From: Ruditapes philippinarum
Taxonomy: Eukaryota
Direction: 5' to 3'
Assembly: GCF_026571515.1 (NCBI RefSeq)
Contig: NW_026864127.1
Location: 1 to 64,000 of the forward strand
Length of the DNA: 64,000 nucleotides
A program made the translations under genes and the position numbers. Numbering within the stretch: the first letter of the stretch is position 1; each line of letters opens with the position of its first letter. The notes under the pieces were generated by a model. That model was not told the origin of the DNA. It did not search any database and worked only from the letters and a program-made list of their open reading frames with translations. Positions 1 through 14,900 of this stretch are shown here, one piece after another.

Positions 1-184
1 TTTTCATAAGCTTTTATTTCTAGACAAACAAACGGTATATATGATAAAGTTATAAAAACAAAATGATGCTGCTGACATTTAATGCATGGCAACAATTGTA
101 AAAGCTAAGTAATTGTTAAAACTTGTATTATTTGTATGCAGTGTTACCTATGTACTACTTGGTTTAATTATGTATATATTTCAG

Positions 185-3100
185 TAAATGTTAAAAGAGC
201 AGACTCACAATCATCAACAAATGTCGGCATTATAGGTGGAAGTATTTCAGGTGTTGCTGTTGTTATGATTGTGAGCATCCTTTTAGCTGTATTTTTCATA
301 AAAAGAAGGTAATAAAAATTAATGACGTTATATATGTTGTTCTGAATTTATTGTTTCGCTAAAAAAATTTAGATTGAACTATGGTGTATTACTTTTATGG
401 CATAATGATGTTAATTCTATTTTATTTACTTTATATGTATTCTAAAAGTTTCCCTGTTACTTTATTGCTTCAATGTAAATCATTAAAGCTCTTTTATTTA
501 AGTTATTTTTTCAGCAATTAATTACTTTGCATGATTAAAAACATACCCACTTTGTAATATTATAGAAAGGAGATTATATTGTTTGTTCATGCCATATCGA
601 TGCGTTCAAAATGCAAAATACGGTAGATAACATTTTTAAACTTAAGCGCATAACGCAATGACCAGCACATTTACATTTAAATATATCCACGACTTACATT
701 CAAGCATATATACAGAAATACATTTAGATTTCTGATATATATTTGTTATTAAACAATAAATTACTATTATGAAAATTTAATTATACATTTCATAAATGCA
801 ATTTGCAATGACTAAAACAAAAGGAATCTAATGTATCAACCAAACCCAATTGGACTCAAGAAGAACGTTTGAGTAAATTCAGTGATAAAATGTCCGCATA
901 ATTTAAACAAACTGCGATCATTAAAGCCTTAGGGGATAAAAAGACGTGCTTGTATGATGTATTGTTTTTTGAAAAACGATAAGATATCGTTTTGTTAATG
1001 TTACATTTGAATCAGCATTATGGAGAAAAAGAATTTGAATGGTGACCTTATTTCATAAACACATAACTCTAATGATCAACGTGTGTATTTTAGAAATAAA
1101 AAAGAAACAGATGGATTGTATCAAAATGTGCCATTAATTGGTAAGTATAATTCTTACTTTATTATTGTTACATAAATTTTATGACTCATAGGCAAGTTAA
1201 AAAGAAAAATGGGTTAGTTGATATCAAGACTAGAAAAGACACGTTTTTGAAATGTAAAAAGAGATATATCCGTTTTTTTATAAGAGCAATTAAATAAGTA
1301 CGAAGAAAGGTCAAATTGATGTTAGATATATTCACCTTGAAAATAAAATAGTTATGAACTTCATGAACTGGAAAGGAATTCTATAATTTTCAACATTATT
1401 TATTTAACTTAGCATTGTTTTACCAAAGCTCTAATCTGTTAGTTTATTCTTTGGTTAAGGAAACTCGGTTTCTAATAAGAAAAAAAGCAAAAGTGAGACA
1501 AAACATGAGAAAGAAACAACTTTCGAAGATCTACAGGAGGTTGATGATGTTCCAAATATAGTTAGTGAAATCACTGAATACTCAAATTCTCCTGAAATTA
1601 TTGAACAATTAGATAGAATTGGAGTGTCGGAGCTGTACGCTTATGTATGTGGGCGCAAAGATACATTTGAAATTGAGTACCAGCAGGTATGTTTGTTTGT
1701 TAAACAAGTTATCCTCGAATGATCTTCTATTAAATCTAATCCTACATGATCTCAGAATCAGTGGTTAGTGACAAAAGGCCATTCGACTCAATGTCCAAAG
1801 CCAACTGCCACAGATATCTGGCCTCGCCTGGGGATACAAACATTATCAACATCATGATTTAATACGTCTTGGTGTTTCTAAATGAATGTCTGTGTCAAAA
1901 ATATGTAATTGTTCAACGGATACATCAGATACAGATTTTCATTAACCGTTTATCATAAAAAATGTAAAGATACAAATGAATAAATTAATAAATTGTATAT
2001 AAATAAAACCTTAACTGACAAAATTGAAATTAAAATTACATGTAGATTTAACGTTTATTTGAAATTTACTAAGTATATGGTTGATATATGTTTTTAAAGA
2101 TAATAGTTTAAAACAGTTACTTTAAAAACATGCAACATTTTTACGACTCATTTTGAAGTCCTTATCATTTTCATTTCAATTTCAATGAATGCAAGAATTT
2201 ATAGAAACTACCAACAGGGCTACAAAAACCATGCACTTTTGCCAGAAAGCCTGAGAACATTGCTCTTAATAGATACAATGGAATTTACCCATGTAAGCAT
2301 ACGTTTATTACAATTATTTCATTTACTGTTTGGAAATATATAAGAGATTAAGATATGATTGTGTATTATGAAATAGTTATTTACCTTGTGTTAAAAGGGT
2401 TAAACTGTTAATGATGTAGTATCAGATGTATTTATTTATTTTACAATTTTGTTTCAGACGACCATTCTAGGGTAAACGTTCATGGGGACGCTGCTTTTTT
2501 CATTAATGCATGCTACATGGATGTAAGTAGCATTTAATTTGATTAGCATTCTGAAATGATAAGATGCCAATTTGTGTTTCAATAGTATCCGCGGTTTTAA
2601 TTTTTCACGATAAACTTACAAGTACATGTATGTATTAAAAATGTCTTAATTGCAGGGGTACAGACAAAGTAGAAGATACATAGCATCACTAGGTATTTCA
2701 GTTGAATGATTTATGACAAAATACTTTTAAGCTATTGTAATAAGATAATTAAGTATTTAAGCAATCAAATAAAGGCAAAATATTTTATTGATTAGTTATG
2801 CTTCATAACTTTTGTCATATGTAACTTGATTTGTTTAAATGTTTAGTATTTTTCAATTAGTCTAAAAGGAACAGTTTGTATGTATACTTATGTTCAAAAC
2901 TTTTAATTACTGTGATTAAGGGCCGACTTCAAAAACAACAAACGACTTTGAAACCTTTTGGCAAATGATTTGGCACGAAAAATCTGATTTGATTGTGATG
3001 CTAACAAACTTACGTGAACATTCGGTAAGTTGACATATATAGGTTCTTTATATTTAAATGTGAATGTTGAATACACAATTAAGTTAATGCAAAAAGAACT

Positions 3101-6100
3101 ATTTTCATTTTGCAATAAAATAAAATATACAGATGCAAAGATAAAACACACCCATATGTTTTCAAAGATAATATTAATGTTAGTTACCAGAAAAGTGGAT
3201 TGCCCTTTCATATTATATCAATACATATAATAATCTTGATTTGTAGGGAATGAAATGTGAGCAGTACTGGCCAAATGAGGCTTCTTTGTGTCAATATGGC
3301 CAAGTTACCGTGACAAGTAAAAATACCGAAGTTTTTGCAGAGTATACAATTAGAAAATTTACGGTTTCAAAGGTACTATCGGATAGCATTTGAATCAAAC
3401 ACTTTTATTACGATTTATCATTTATTATATTTTAAAAGATAATTGCTACAAGTGTCAGTCAATGTGATGATGAATATATTTATTTCACGTTTATACTTCA
3501 ATTGTTAATATTCACATACTTATATCATTATATATATTTATAATGACATAGATTAAAGTTTCTTTTCCGTTACAAATTTATCATACAATTTTAAAATTCA
3601 ATATCGACTGGCTTCTTTACTTGTAATTTACAAACATGATTTAATTTACAAACGTTTGGTAAATTTAAATTAAAATACAGATATTCCCAACAATTTTAGA
3701 TTTTATAATTCTATAGCTCTGGAAAATATATGGCAAATATACTTAATAATCCGACTTTTAAGTCGTGACATTTATTATCATTTAAATTATGCATTATTCA
3801 ATTTTTTAACATTTTAAATTCAAAGAGACAGCATAATATTTATATTGCAGAATGATGTTTATAAAACTAAATTCTTTTTAGGAAGATGAACACCGTTCAC
3901 TAACACATCTTCATTACACAGCATGGCCCGATAAGACGGTTCCAGAAGACGTCACAACCTTACTTGAGTTTCGAAAAAGACTAAAGAGCACGCCAACGAC
4001 TTCAGAGGGTCCAATGGTTGTACATTGCAGGTTCTAGAATACTATGAATTTCAGTTTCATAACAAGATAATAGCTTTCATTTTAAGGCTAGGTTTAAATT
4101 CAGGTTATATCGTATGTTGTCTAAGATCCATCTTTGGACTCTGTACACTGTTATAGTGCTTTCTAGATAATCGCCCAATTATCAAATAGTCTTTTCTTTT
4201 GTCCTTTTGTTTAAAAACATTTCATGACTATTTGAAATATATATAATACATATTGTTATCAATGCATGCTATAATTCCTCTGTAGTGTAGTAGGGAGGTG
4301 ATTGGAGGAGGGTCCGTCTGCCGGTATGTTTGTTTGCCAGACTGTCGATCTGTAACATTATCGTGTCCGATTCTTAACTTGTAAACTAATTAAACATTTA
4401 ATATCACTAAGCACAAATGATCACCAATAAGACGTTGTAAAGTGCACAAAACAAGGTCGCTACCCCAAACGCAACGGTTACCTTCAAAGGTCAAATATGC
4501 CACCCAAGGTCAAGGTCACTCTCAAAGGTCAAATGTAAAGAAAGGCACTTTGTGACCGCTTTACAACTCTACACTGTTATTCTTGAGTTGTTGAGTAGGT
4601 TTTAAGATAAATTGACACAAATAATCAACATTTCAAAACGATGTGCAGAGCGCAACAATAAGGTCCCTTACCTAAAGGTTAAGGTCAGTCTTAAAACGTA
4701 CGAAGTAAGCATTTTGTATCCGCTCTTTAACGTTTAAACAAATGAAAAGTAACTTGGCACAAATGATCATCACAAAAAGACGATGTGCACAACGCGACAA
4801 CAAGTTCCCTACAAAAAGTCCACGGTCATTCTTAAAGGTCAAATGAAAAAAATAAGTTTGTCAAATTCTGAATAATTGATTTTGACTTTTATACTTTTTT
4901 ACAATAATTTACACAAATTAACATCATTATGAGATGGTGTCTAGAACCAAACTATCAGGTCAATAACCCAAATATTTAGTTGGCTTGCTTCCTCCACGTC
5001 CAAAGTAATATTTAAAGGTGGATCAGGTTTGAATTTTACTGCAGCAGGGGATATGCCCGCCCCCAGACTGCCTTGTAATAATGTATAGTAAGTTATAATA
5101 CCTCCTAAGTACATAAGATGGTCTTGCTATATTATCTAAGTAATTATTACTGTGTAAGAATTTCAACAAATTATCGTGACTCGTCTTATTTTCCGTTTTC
5201 TTTAACTAGAATCATTGCAGCAATCGCAAAGATCATTTCACTTTGAATATCAAATGTTTTAGCATTTCTACTGATATTTGTTCCATATCTTCTTTTCTCC
5301 TAAAGCAACATACTAAAATAGCTGTCTTAAAGCTATTATGATAGTCAAGAAACGACGAAAAACAGAACGTGTAAGACAGTTTTACGCGCTTTATACAAAT
5401 TTAAAACTTTAATATTAAAATTTGAGTATTTGCTACGGAGCCCCTAAGGTGATATTTTCCACACTTTTTCCCGAAACTTAATTTGTTTTTACGAAATAAT
5501 AATTCGTTTTTACGAAATATTAATTCGTTTTTACGAAATATTTATTTGTTTTTATAAAATATTCATTCGTAATTACGAAATAATAATCAGGTTTACGAAA
5601 TATTAACAAGACCCCTGTGACCTTGACGTTTGTCCTTGTGACCCCCAAATCAATAGGGTCATCTTCTAATCATTACTAACCTCCATGCCAAATAGGACTA
5701 TGGGTCAAATGAATCTTAAGTTATTGGGCGGACAGGGAAATACCGACGTACGGACGGACCGGGAGACGGCCGGACGGACAAGCTGATGCCAGTATACCTC
5801 CTTTACAACTTTGTTGTACCTGGGTATAAGAACAAAACAAAATGCATTCAAACCAGCTAATCAAAACAGTACAGTGTGTTTTTACCTTCAATAATACGTT
5901 CCTGTTTGATATAATCGACGAATGCATGTAATGACAAAAATACCGACATAATATTACAATCGATTTGTTTTTAATCAAGTTTCTACCGTATCTGTACTTT
6001 TTTAAATGGTCAGATATTTAAGCAAAACAATAATAATTAGTTTTCTGAGCCCGTCGTTGATGTATGAACCAAACCCAACAACATTGTTGTTCAGAGAATA

Positions 6101-9100
6101 TAAACGATACATGATATTTTATCTGTTCAAGTTCTTGTTCTCAATGTGTATAAAACAGACAAATAAATTTTGATATAAAATTTACTCTTTTTATCTTCTT
6201 AGAATTGAAAGATTTGTTTTGAAATAAAGCAGGTGTTCTGAAATAATATAGACGCTGAAATGTAACAAAAAGAATATTTATTAGTGGTTTCTGAATAATA
6301 CTTGTACTCTTAATATGTTAACCTTTTTTTCAATGAGTTAAATGTTTGACTTGCACATATTTTCAGCGCGGGCATCGGTCGAACTGGGACTTTGATAGCA
6401 ATCGATAGGTTGATAGAAGAGGGCTTGGACAAAGGTTCAGTGAACGTGTTTGAATGTGTTAAGAACATGAGAGAACAGAGAGTAAAAATGGTTCAAACAC
6501 TTGTAAGTAATCATTTGCATGTTTTATGTTGACATTTAACTGACTTTTGCTACACTTAATTGACCAAATTAGATTTATAAATTATACTAAGGATTTTGTT
6601 TCTTATATTTCAATTTCATGTGCAGGAACAATACATTTACATTCATAAAGCGCTGGTAATGGCACTGACATTTCGCGCTGAAGCTGTACCCGTTGAACAA
6701 ATTCGTGAATATGTTAACCGATCAAATGGAGATATGTTCAGCATGCTTTTTCAGGTATGGAATAACTTATAAATGAAGTTCATTTTAATAGTTCATTTTC
6801 GTTTTTCGTAAATGGTAAAAAGTTTAAAATTCATTTACTTACAAAAATCAAATTACCACTTATTTATTTGAAGCCTGTCAACTGTGATCAGAATGCGACT
6901 AATGAAAGTAAAATTAAAGTACAATTACCAAAACAAATGAACAAATATAAAACATAAATATGTAACAAATAATAAGACCAAATGATTTAATTCGTTGATA
7001 GATATCTGCTATTTCATGAAACGTTTATGATTTATCCTTAATGCAGTACGCCTCCAGATTCATGCTAATTTCAATGAAAAATTTGAAAATGTATTTAAAT
7101 GTGTAATATTGTGAAATAACTAAAAGGAAGTAATTTACACATTATCAATTGCACACACAAATCACGTAAATTACCAAAAATTTGTCAAAATATGCATAGA
7201 AAGCATTTACTGCGTTAGTAACGCAGTAGAGATATAATTGTAAATATTGAAAAATCAGTCATTAATCGCGCAAAATATGTAAAATATTACTTGAATCTTG
7301 AAACTCTTTACTTTGTCTTACATCTTAGTACATTTTTCTCTAGTTTGATTTTATTGAAATATTTTGACTCATCTGGAGGCATGTTGCTTTATAGACAGAC
7401 ACACTGTATTTTTACATAAACAAACAAAAATGGATATATTCATAGAGATAGAAATGTCCCAGAGCTGATTTAGATATTCTTGAAAGCAATATATGATTAA
7501 TATGATTATCTTAACTTTGATGCATTATTTAAGTTTTTTGACTCATCAAATGACAACGCTCCATGTTCGTACCGTTTTATATTTTTTATTGTATAGCAAT
7601 TGCAACAGACGATCGAAACAGACAGCGAAGCAGAACAGAAAGCTCGCATCAAAAATAAAGAACGATCGGGGAAAAATCGTCGCGGAGCAGACATTCCAGG
7701 TAGAACCTGCATGAATTAATCCAGAAAATACATACTAAAAGACTATATAGCAGTAAAATGTTATGGAATTGATGACACATAAGAAAATGAGAAAAGGTTG
7801 TATATGTTTTATACTTAATCTTAGGCAAATATCTTTTATTTCAGGCAGTCGATTTAGCATATTTCTTCATTTAAACAGAGAAGGGGACGAATCTGAATAT
7901 ATTAATGCAGTATACATAAACGCAAGTATCTTATTGAATATATTATATTTATTTTACTGTGCTTTAATAGTAATACATTGATTTTTTTATGGCTGTCTTA
8001 TACATGTAATTGCACGATTGTAATTGTTCTCATGTTTTATCCGGAAACAATAATCATGTAGCAATTAGGACTGATTACGAAATGATATTTACGATTGAAG
8101 ATACAACAAATTGTTAAATAGATAAACTTATGCATGAGTGAAGATTATTTTCTTAGATACTAAGATTTTTAAATTTCGTTTTAACGTTAATTTGTCGGAC
8201 AGTTTAAAACTATTTGTCCTTTAATTGCAGAGTTTCAAGAAAAAAGATCACTTCATTGCAGCGCAATCACCTCTACCAAGTACGGTTGAAGATTTCCTTG
8301 CTTTAATTTACCAAGAGAATTGTAGTTGTATTGTCGCTATGGAAGATTTGAATGAGCCTGGAATGGTTATTATATAATTATGCTTTATTCTAAATGGATA
8401 AAACTGTTTAAGAAGCACACACTAATTTACGAAACAATTCAAACCTTTCTTAACATCGTATCTAAAAGAATTGTTTCTACTTAGCCTAATTAAGCATTTC
8501 AGTACATAACCTTAGATACGAGCAAGAGATCTGCTAGTAATGGTTTGAGAATCGATACTAGTATGTGACAATAGATATCCGTTATCTCTCGATTAGGACA
8601 GATCTTTGTATTAATATATTCATTATTGTAAATGTACTATTTTTACTAACATTTAAAAAATCACTTGTTTTTTAAAATTTTATATAATCAGTAAAAATGG
8701 TTCGTTTTATCCCGCTTAATTTATAACAAAACATTCACCATAGTACGAATATCTTTTATAAAACAATCAATATATTAAAGTATAAAATTGGGTTTTTTAC
8801 AAAGTCAAAGAAGAAGAAAAAAGCAACTAAAGGCATTGAATATCATTTCACTCTGCAGGGTTTAAGAGAATCATAATTGAAACAAATTAATCAAATGATT
8901 TAAAGTCACTATCATTTTAAACTATCAGTCCCTTCAGGCGAGTTTTTCTTTTCTCGTTTAAGATATAAATCAAAACAGTGGCAATAAATTAAATTTGTGT
9001 TTGTTAGTTACTTTCTTGCCATGATATAAACTTTGCTAAGTCTAGGAGAATGATTTTATTAAACTATCGGTTGTGGGAAATGATAGAACGTTACTTCGAG

Positions 9101-11902
9101 GTATGCCCTTTATGATTTTGCATACTGACTAGAAATGGCGTCTCAAAAATATTTTGAAATTATTGGCATGCTTGATTTATAGTTATCCTGAAACAAGTAA
9201 TAACCTCACATTAAGGGGCAGAAAACTAGGAAAAGAGGGTGGTGATCCTTAAATATATTTCCATCAAGCTTGAATATTAAAATCAAACATATTTTAAAAT
9301 CAGTTTTTATTGAATAATATATGTTATAAATATTAAATATTTATTATTTATATTCTTTAAGAATATGCTTGAAAATTAAATTCATGTGATAGATATAACT
9401 AATTATTACAATTGTAAAACTGAAAAGTCATAACCTTTCTTTAAAGTCAATCTAATAACGAATTGTTAGAAAAAAAGTTTTGTAATATATATCTATATAC
9501 TATATATGGTTCGTGCTGATAGACAGTCGGTGTGTACCTTCCTGAAGAGAAGAAAACCTTAACTGTTGGAAACTTCAAAGTGTCATGCTCGAGATTAGAG
9601 ACTAAAAAGTCACACATCATACGAAAAATGAAGATAAAATATACAGGAAAGGTAGAATTTCATTTAATGATATTGTCATTTTCTAGAACCTGAATTTCCT
9701 TGTCTGGTAAGGTACTAAATATGAAGATTGTTCATCGTACTTTTAAGGAATTTGTAATATAATTTCATAGAACAAAAAGGAAAAAGAAAATACTAAATAA
9801 AGCATTATAATAAAAGCTGCCAAAAAGTATTTTCTAGAAATGTTAGAACTTTTCAACAGCTAGTTACTGTTAGCATCTTTGCCACAAACAAACAGTTAAC
9901 TATCCCCTGTCAAATGATACCAGTTGTGGGTAATTTATTTCCAACATTTTATATGTTGTTCATTTACGTAGACATCCATTCTTGAATAAGCAATATAAAA
10001 AGTTATAAGTGATAGGTGAGACTTTTGTCTAAACTTCGAAATTATTTGTTTTAGTATGAGAGTGGGGAAAGGAGCATCATTCACTTTCAATACACACAAT
10101 GGATAGCTGAAAACGATATTCCTGGTAATACAAGTGAATTCGTGCAGTTTGCAAATGAAGTTGAGGAGTATGCAAATGAATTAGGGGACGAGAAATCACC
10201 GGTCGTTGTGCATTGTCTGTAAGCTCGAAAATTTTTTTTTTAATTCTCAAACACATATTATTATTTTATTGGTTTAGAGAGTCATTTACGAAACAACATG
10301 TGAGCACAAACATACATACGCACGTACGCCGATATTTGCATACATACATATATGCATGCATATAGACAAACGTATGCACCACGCACATACATACATAAAT
10401 ACATACTTACAGAAAAACTATATCAATGACGTTGTAAGTATATTCAACAAATTTAAAAATGAAAGAACATTAAAAGGTGACCTAAAAATGAATATGATAA
10501 TTATATTATAGCACAAGTAAATGAAAGGACAAGTTTCATATAATAATACCAATTACGTAACATCAGATTACCTACCTGTTATAATATACAAGTATTTAAC
10601 CTTAGTTCTTGTTTTAGACATTTTAAAAATAAACATTAATACTTTTCTGACAACATTTTAATGCTGTTCTATTAAAAATTCATTAAGCTTTCGTATATCT
10701 GGTATCAAAAAATATAAAAACCTCATTTTGTAAGCTGTTTTTCGCTCAAATCATTGTACAGAAAAGACTTTTAATTAATACATGCAATTCATCTCATTAT
10801 TTGGAGCAAATAATACATTTCTTTCATGGTAAGTAATTGATCAAAAGTTTTACCATCTACAAATCTCAACTTTTAATCTATTTAAAGACATTGTTAAACG
10901 AGATAGAGATTTCCATAACGTTTCAAGAAATAAGACATCATTAAACGTAAATAACAAAACAAAATAAAATATTATTTCATTTATATATAATCAAAAATAG
11001 AATTGTGTTATTGTTGCCAAAAGTCCGGAAAAAAACCATTATGGTTTGGACTTGTTAAAGTCAATTTTGAAAAAGATTCAGAGAAACTTATAGATAATAA
11101 GTTAGCATATCATGTTTCGGGATATGTGCAGATAGTGTTTTCAACACGGTTTTACAAGTCAAATAACTGTATTTGATTTTGTACAGTCTTTAATGTTTTA
11201 GACCGAGTACACAATAAGAACGCAAACTGAAATTGAAAATTATATACTAGTAAATAATAATAACTCACTTAAATTGAATGTAGTAAACCTTTTATGATGT
11301 ATTTCAGCAAAGCAAACGAGAGGATTGGTTTATTTTGTGGAGTAATAATACTGATGGAAAAAATTAAATATGAGCGTCGGGTTAACATTCTCGATAGTCT
11401 AAGACATTTGAGAACAAGGAGACCATCGGCAATTACAAGCCAGGTACTGTGCTTTAATTTTCCCTATTCTATACAAGATAATGCATTTTTAAGTAGACAG
11501 TAACATAAAGAGCCGTTAATGTCTCTTAATAACCATTTCAATAATTTTGTCATTACCATTCTTAATTTTGCAATCACCTCCTTACTGAAAAAAGAAGCGT
11601 ATGGGCGATTTACTCTACTTTAAATTGTATACTGTGTGTAAAATAACAGAGACAATCTCTGTTACAACGATTTTAGAGAATCGGCCATTAGTTATTTAAA
11701 CATAATATAGCCATTTATGAGTTTTAAAAATATTTTTTAAGTAAAGCCTTTGAGTAAAATGATAGTAAATAAAGTAAATAAAAATTTATGCGTCACTAAG
11801 TATGTTCTTAATGAAGTTCATCTTTTTTAAATTTAGAAACAACTTGAGTTCTGCTATCAAGCTGCAAGTGCCTATACCAATCTGCATATGAAAAATATAT
11901 AG
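185..11902 (+). CDS. Receptor-type protein tyrosine phosphatase, 3' part (TM + tandem D1/D2 PTP domains); the 5' ectodomain exons lie upstream of the window
   Basis: 18 phase-compatible exons: 185-308, 1094-1140, 1460-1686, 2205-2292, 2458-2522, 2656-2692, 2921-3024, 3247-3372, 3882-4030, 6367-6502, 6626-6754, 7597-7699, 7845-7921, 8231-8365, 9523-9651, 10055-10218, 11308-11443, 11837-11902 (TAG). TM segment VGIIGGSISGVAVVMIVSILLAVFFI-KRR. D1 motifs: NRYNGIYPYDHSRV, FINACY, FWQMIW, IVMLT, KCEQYWP, WPDKTVP, VHCSAGIGRTG, MVQTLEQY. D2 motifs: YINAV, FIAAQSPL, VHCLKANERIG. Confidence 0.95.
4262..5077 (+). mobile_element. Decayed Helentron-associated (HINE-like) element with ~130-150-bp internal repeats, in an RPTP intron
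   Basis: Microsatellite-like GTCCGTCTG/TGTT tract near the 5' end. Repeated AAGGTCAAGGTCA and TTGGCACAAATGATCA cores. GC-rich 3' end GCAGGGGATATGCCCGCCCCCAGACTGCCTTGT. Boundaries approximate. Confidence 0.6.
5432..5605. repeat. 21-bp minisatellite (AATTCGTTTTTACGAAATATT-like, about 6 copies) behind a GCTACGGAGCCCCT terminus
   Basis: Direct tandem copies visible at about 5480-5605. Confidence 0.75.
5606..5828 (-). mobile_element. HINE-like element remnant
   Basis: TGACCTTGAC core, (GGAC)n microsatellite at about 5750-5780, and a TATACCTCC...GGGTATAA terminal hairpin. Confidence 0.6.
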
Positions 11903-14900
11903 GTCTGTACAGGAAAACAGAAAAGAGAAAAAGTGACTTTTATAAATTTATTTTTATAGTCAGAATAAAAAATAACTCCAAATTTATCATTTGCTATATT
12001 ATGTACTCATCATCTTAAAGTTACATTGAAAAACAGGAGTCACCGCGGTTTCTTCTGGTGGTGATGCGTTTAAAGAAAATACATTTCACTATACAGTGGT
12101 GCTTATTTTCATCTAGCATATAATTGATCGGATACACATCCGCTGCACATTCATACATTGTTTTTAGATATATTAGTGTTAACTTTAAAATCAGCCAAAT
12201 GCAATTAAACAAATCTTTTGATATTTATGTTCATAAACTGTGAATTTTAGGAACGCGTTTCGAAATGTTTACTGAGAGTCACTTTGACGTAAACGTTTTT
12301 TTGTGTTGTTATTATTGCCAAAATAACAAGTCACTCTACTAAAAACTATATAATTCGACCCCATTCGTAAACCAATTATATACAGTATTTCCTTTTGGGC
12401 ATCGTGTACAAATGTTCTTGCTATTTAAGTTCGAAAACGAAGCAAATACAGTTTCTACAAACCTTATGATAGGTAACCATTGTCTGAAGGGATCTATCTG
12501 ATTTTAATTAAAAATTCAATTCACACTGAGTGTTTGATTCCTTTCTCACGTTTATTGGAATACTTATTCAGACATTATTCTTGTGTTATTTATATTTCAT
12601 ATTTCTTCCGCTGTTTTTGTACTATGTTCATGTGTTTATTAAGACCTTATAGGTTTGATCTTGATATGTTATAACTTTTATTGCTCATACAAGCTTCTGC
12701 ACTGGGGAACAAACTGTACCTGGTAGAATTCGGTAAATTGTAAGGTTATGAACGGTAAACAAAACCAGAATCATAAAGACTGCTTCATCAACATGTATAT
12801 AATAACTATCTTGATCATGCTAGTAATCAGTTTTAGAACACTCGCATTATAAGATAAACTTTTTAATGAGGCTGTTGATTGCAATTTTTTTATTGGCTTT
12901 GATCTAAGAGAATATCAAAGTTTTTTTTGTGAATATATACATTTAGTTATAAAATAAAAAAGGTTAGTTAGTTTGAAATGATCGATACATGTTTTTAAAA
13001 AAGTATTAGACAACTCAATACACGCCTAGTAAACAATACAGCTACCTCATTCTGGGGTAAACGGTCAATCGCTTTATCGCTACTTCCGAGCAAGTTCATG
13101 TCGCTAAAATTAGGTGTCAAATGTTGTCATTTTTATATATTTTGTAAACTCTACACTAAATATCGAAATTCGGAGATTGCTATGCTATGTAGATTTGATT
13201 GAGATTTATAATTTGAAGTTGTTATAATTGTATTTGAAATGTAGTTGTGGCGGCGTTTCCCAGTTAGCAAATTTAGCGTTGAAATGGACCTTTTTATCAT
13301 GAAACAGATTATTTTTTATCCAGTTGTTATCATAACAGCGATTCAAGTTAAAAAAAACGTTTCAAACAGATATCAGATAAAATTTAAATCAGAACAACAC
13401 ATTAGTTACTAAAGAAAATATAGGACATTTGTTTTTCGAGACAGCTCTGTCATGAAATAGGTGGTCAAGACACCAAAGAGATAGTTGGTTACGTACAAAG
13501 TATCTTATTTTTGTGTATATTTTATCCACTACATTAATCACGGCATAAAATTAATAAAAACAATATTATACCAATCTTATTACTACACATGTATATCATG
13601 ATGTAATTTGCATAATAAAACATCTGATTCGACAATTACACCGTTCAAATTGTTATCGTAGGCTATTAATAATATATTTCATGTGGTTGTTCGACAAATT
13701 CCGCCCCTTCTTCTGCCAAACAAGAGGAAAATAATGACCAAATATGAATTAATCTTAGTACATATGTATGCCAAGAAATTGGATATAACTCATCAAATAA
13801 TGCCATTACCTTAGGTTTCAAAGCTCCTTAAAAAGAATGTTTTTACGGCGTGCTATGATCTCCCAGCTATTTCATTTAATATGTCGTTTAAAATCATGTC
13901 ATAAGTTAGATCATTTCGATTAATGTCACTGAAAATGTAAAAACCTATCGTTATATATAAGACAAGTTGGCAATAAATATGATATGACATTTAAAAAACA
14001 AAACAAATAAAATGATGACATTTTTTCCTGAAATAATAATATTGTTCAAACCTTGATTTATTGATCTGTTTATATTGCCTTTTCTTTGCCAGTAAGGGTC
14101 TCCACAAACGTTTTATAGAGTAGAAAAACAGTGTGTTTGGATTTTCCCTTATGAAAAAGCATTACAATAACTATGCAATTTTAGATTATGACTTAATCAG
14201 CTGTGTGTATCGGCTATTCACAATGGTTCGGAGTTTTGATGTGTAAGAATTCACAACGATAGCCCTAGGCCTGATTGGTATTTTTTTATTTGCATCAGAA
14301 CGACAAACTGGTGTTAATAGCCGTTAATAGATTGATATATATTCAGTTCTAAAAAAGACAAGTTGAGGGCTATCGATAACGCTATTTTTCAATCGGAGAA
14401 TAATTTCAATACATATTTTCGAGTTTTTTTTTCTCTTTTTGCTGTTCTATATCACAGTCTACTGTTGTAAAAGTGAAAACAAAAACAGAAAAGAAATTTA
14501 TGAGTAAAGTCTCATTTAAAGTATCGTAAATAATTATTTTTATTTTCAATATTTAGATATTTAGAAATGCAACGTGTTTACATCGATTGTAGATAAATCG
14601 ATAAACGTCGGCATCTTTGTAAGTTTATATGACGTCATTATTGAGTGCCTTTTCGAATTAATTGCAAACGGGATGGCGTCATTGTAATGCATATGAATGG
14701 TCATATAGATTAAATCAACTGATATGGATAAGGATGATATTGAGAAATTAACAAAAATATATATCAAAAGAAAACATAATTTAAACGGAAAATATCCATA
14801 TTCATTTATAATGGTCCGTTGTTAATTCATTTTATCAAAGGGATACATGTAAACAAGACATCTCGTGTTTATTTGCAGTTATATTCTTCTTTTTATATTG

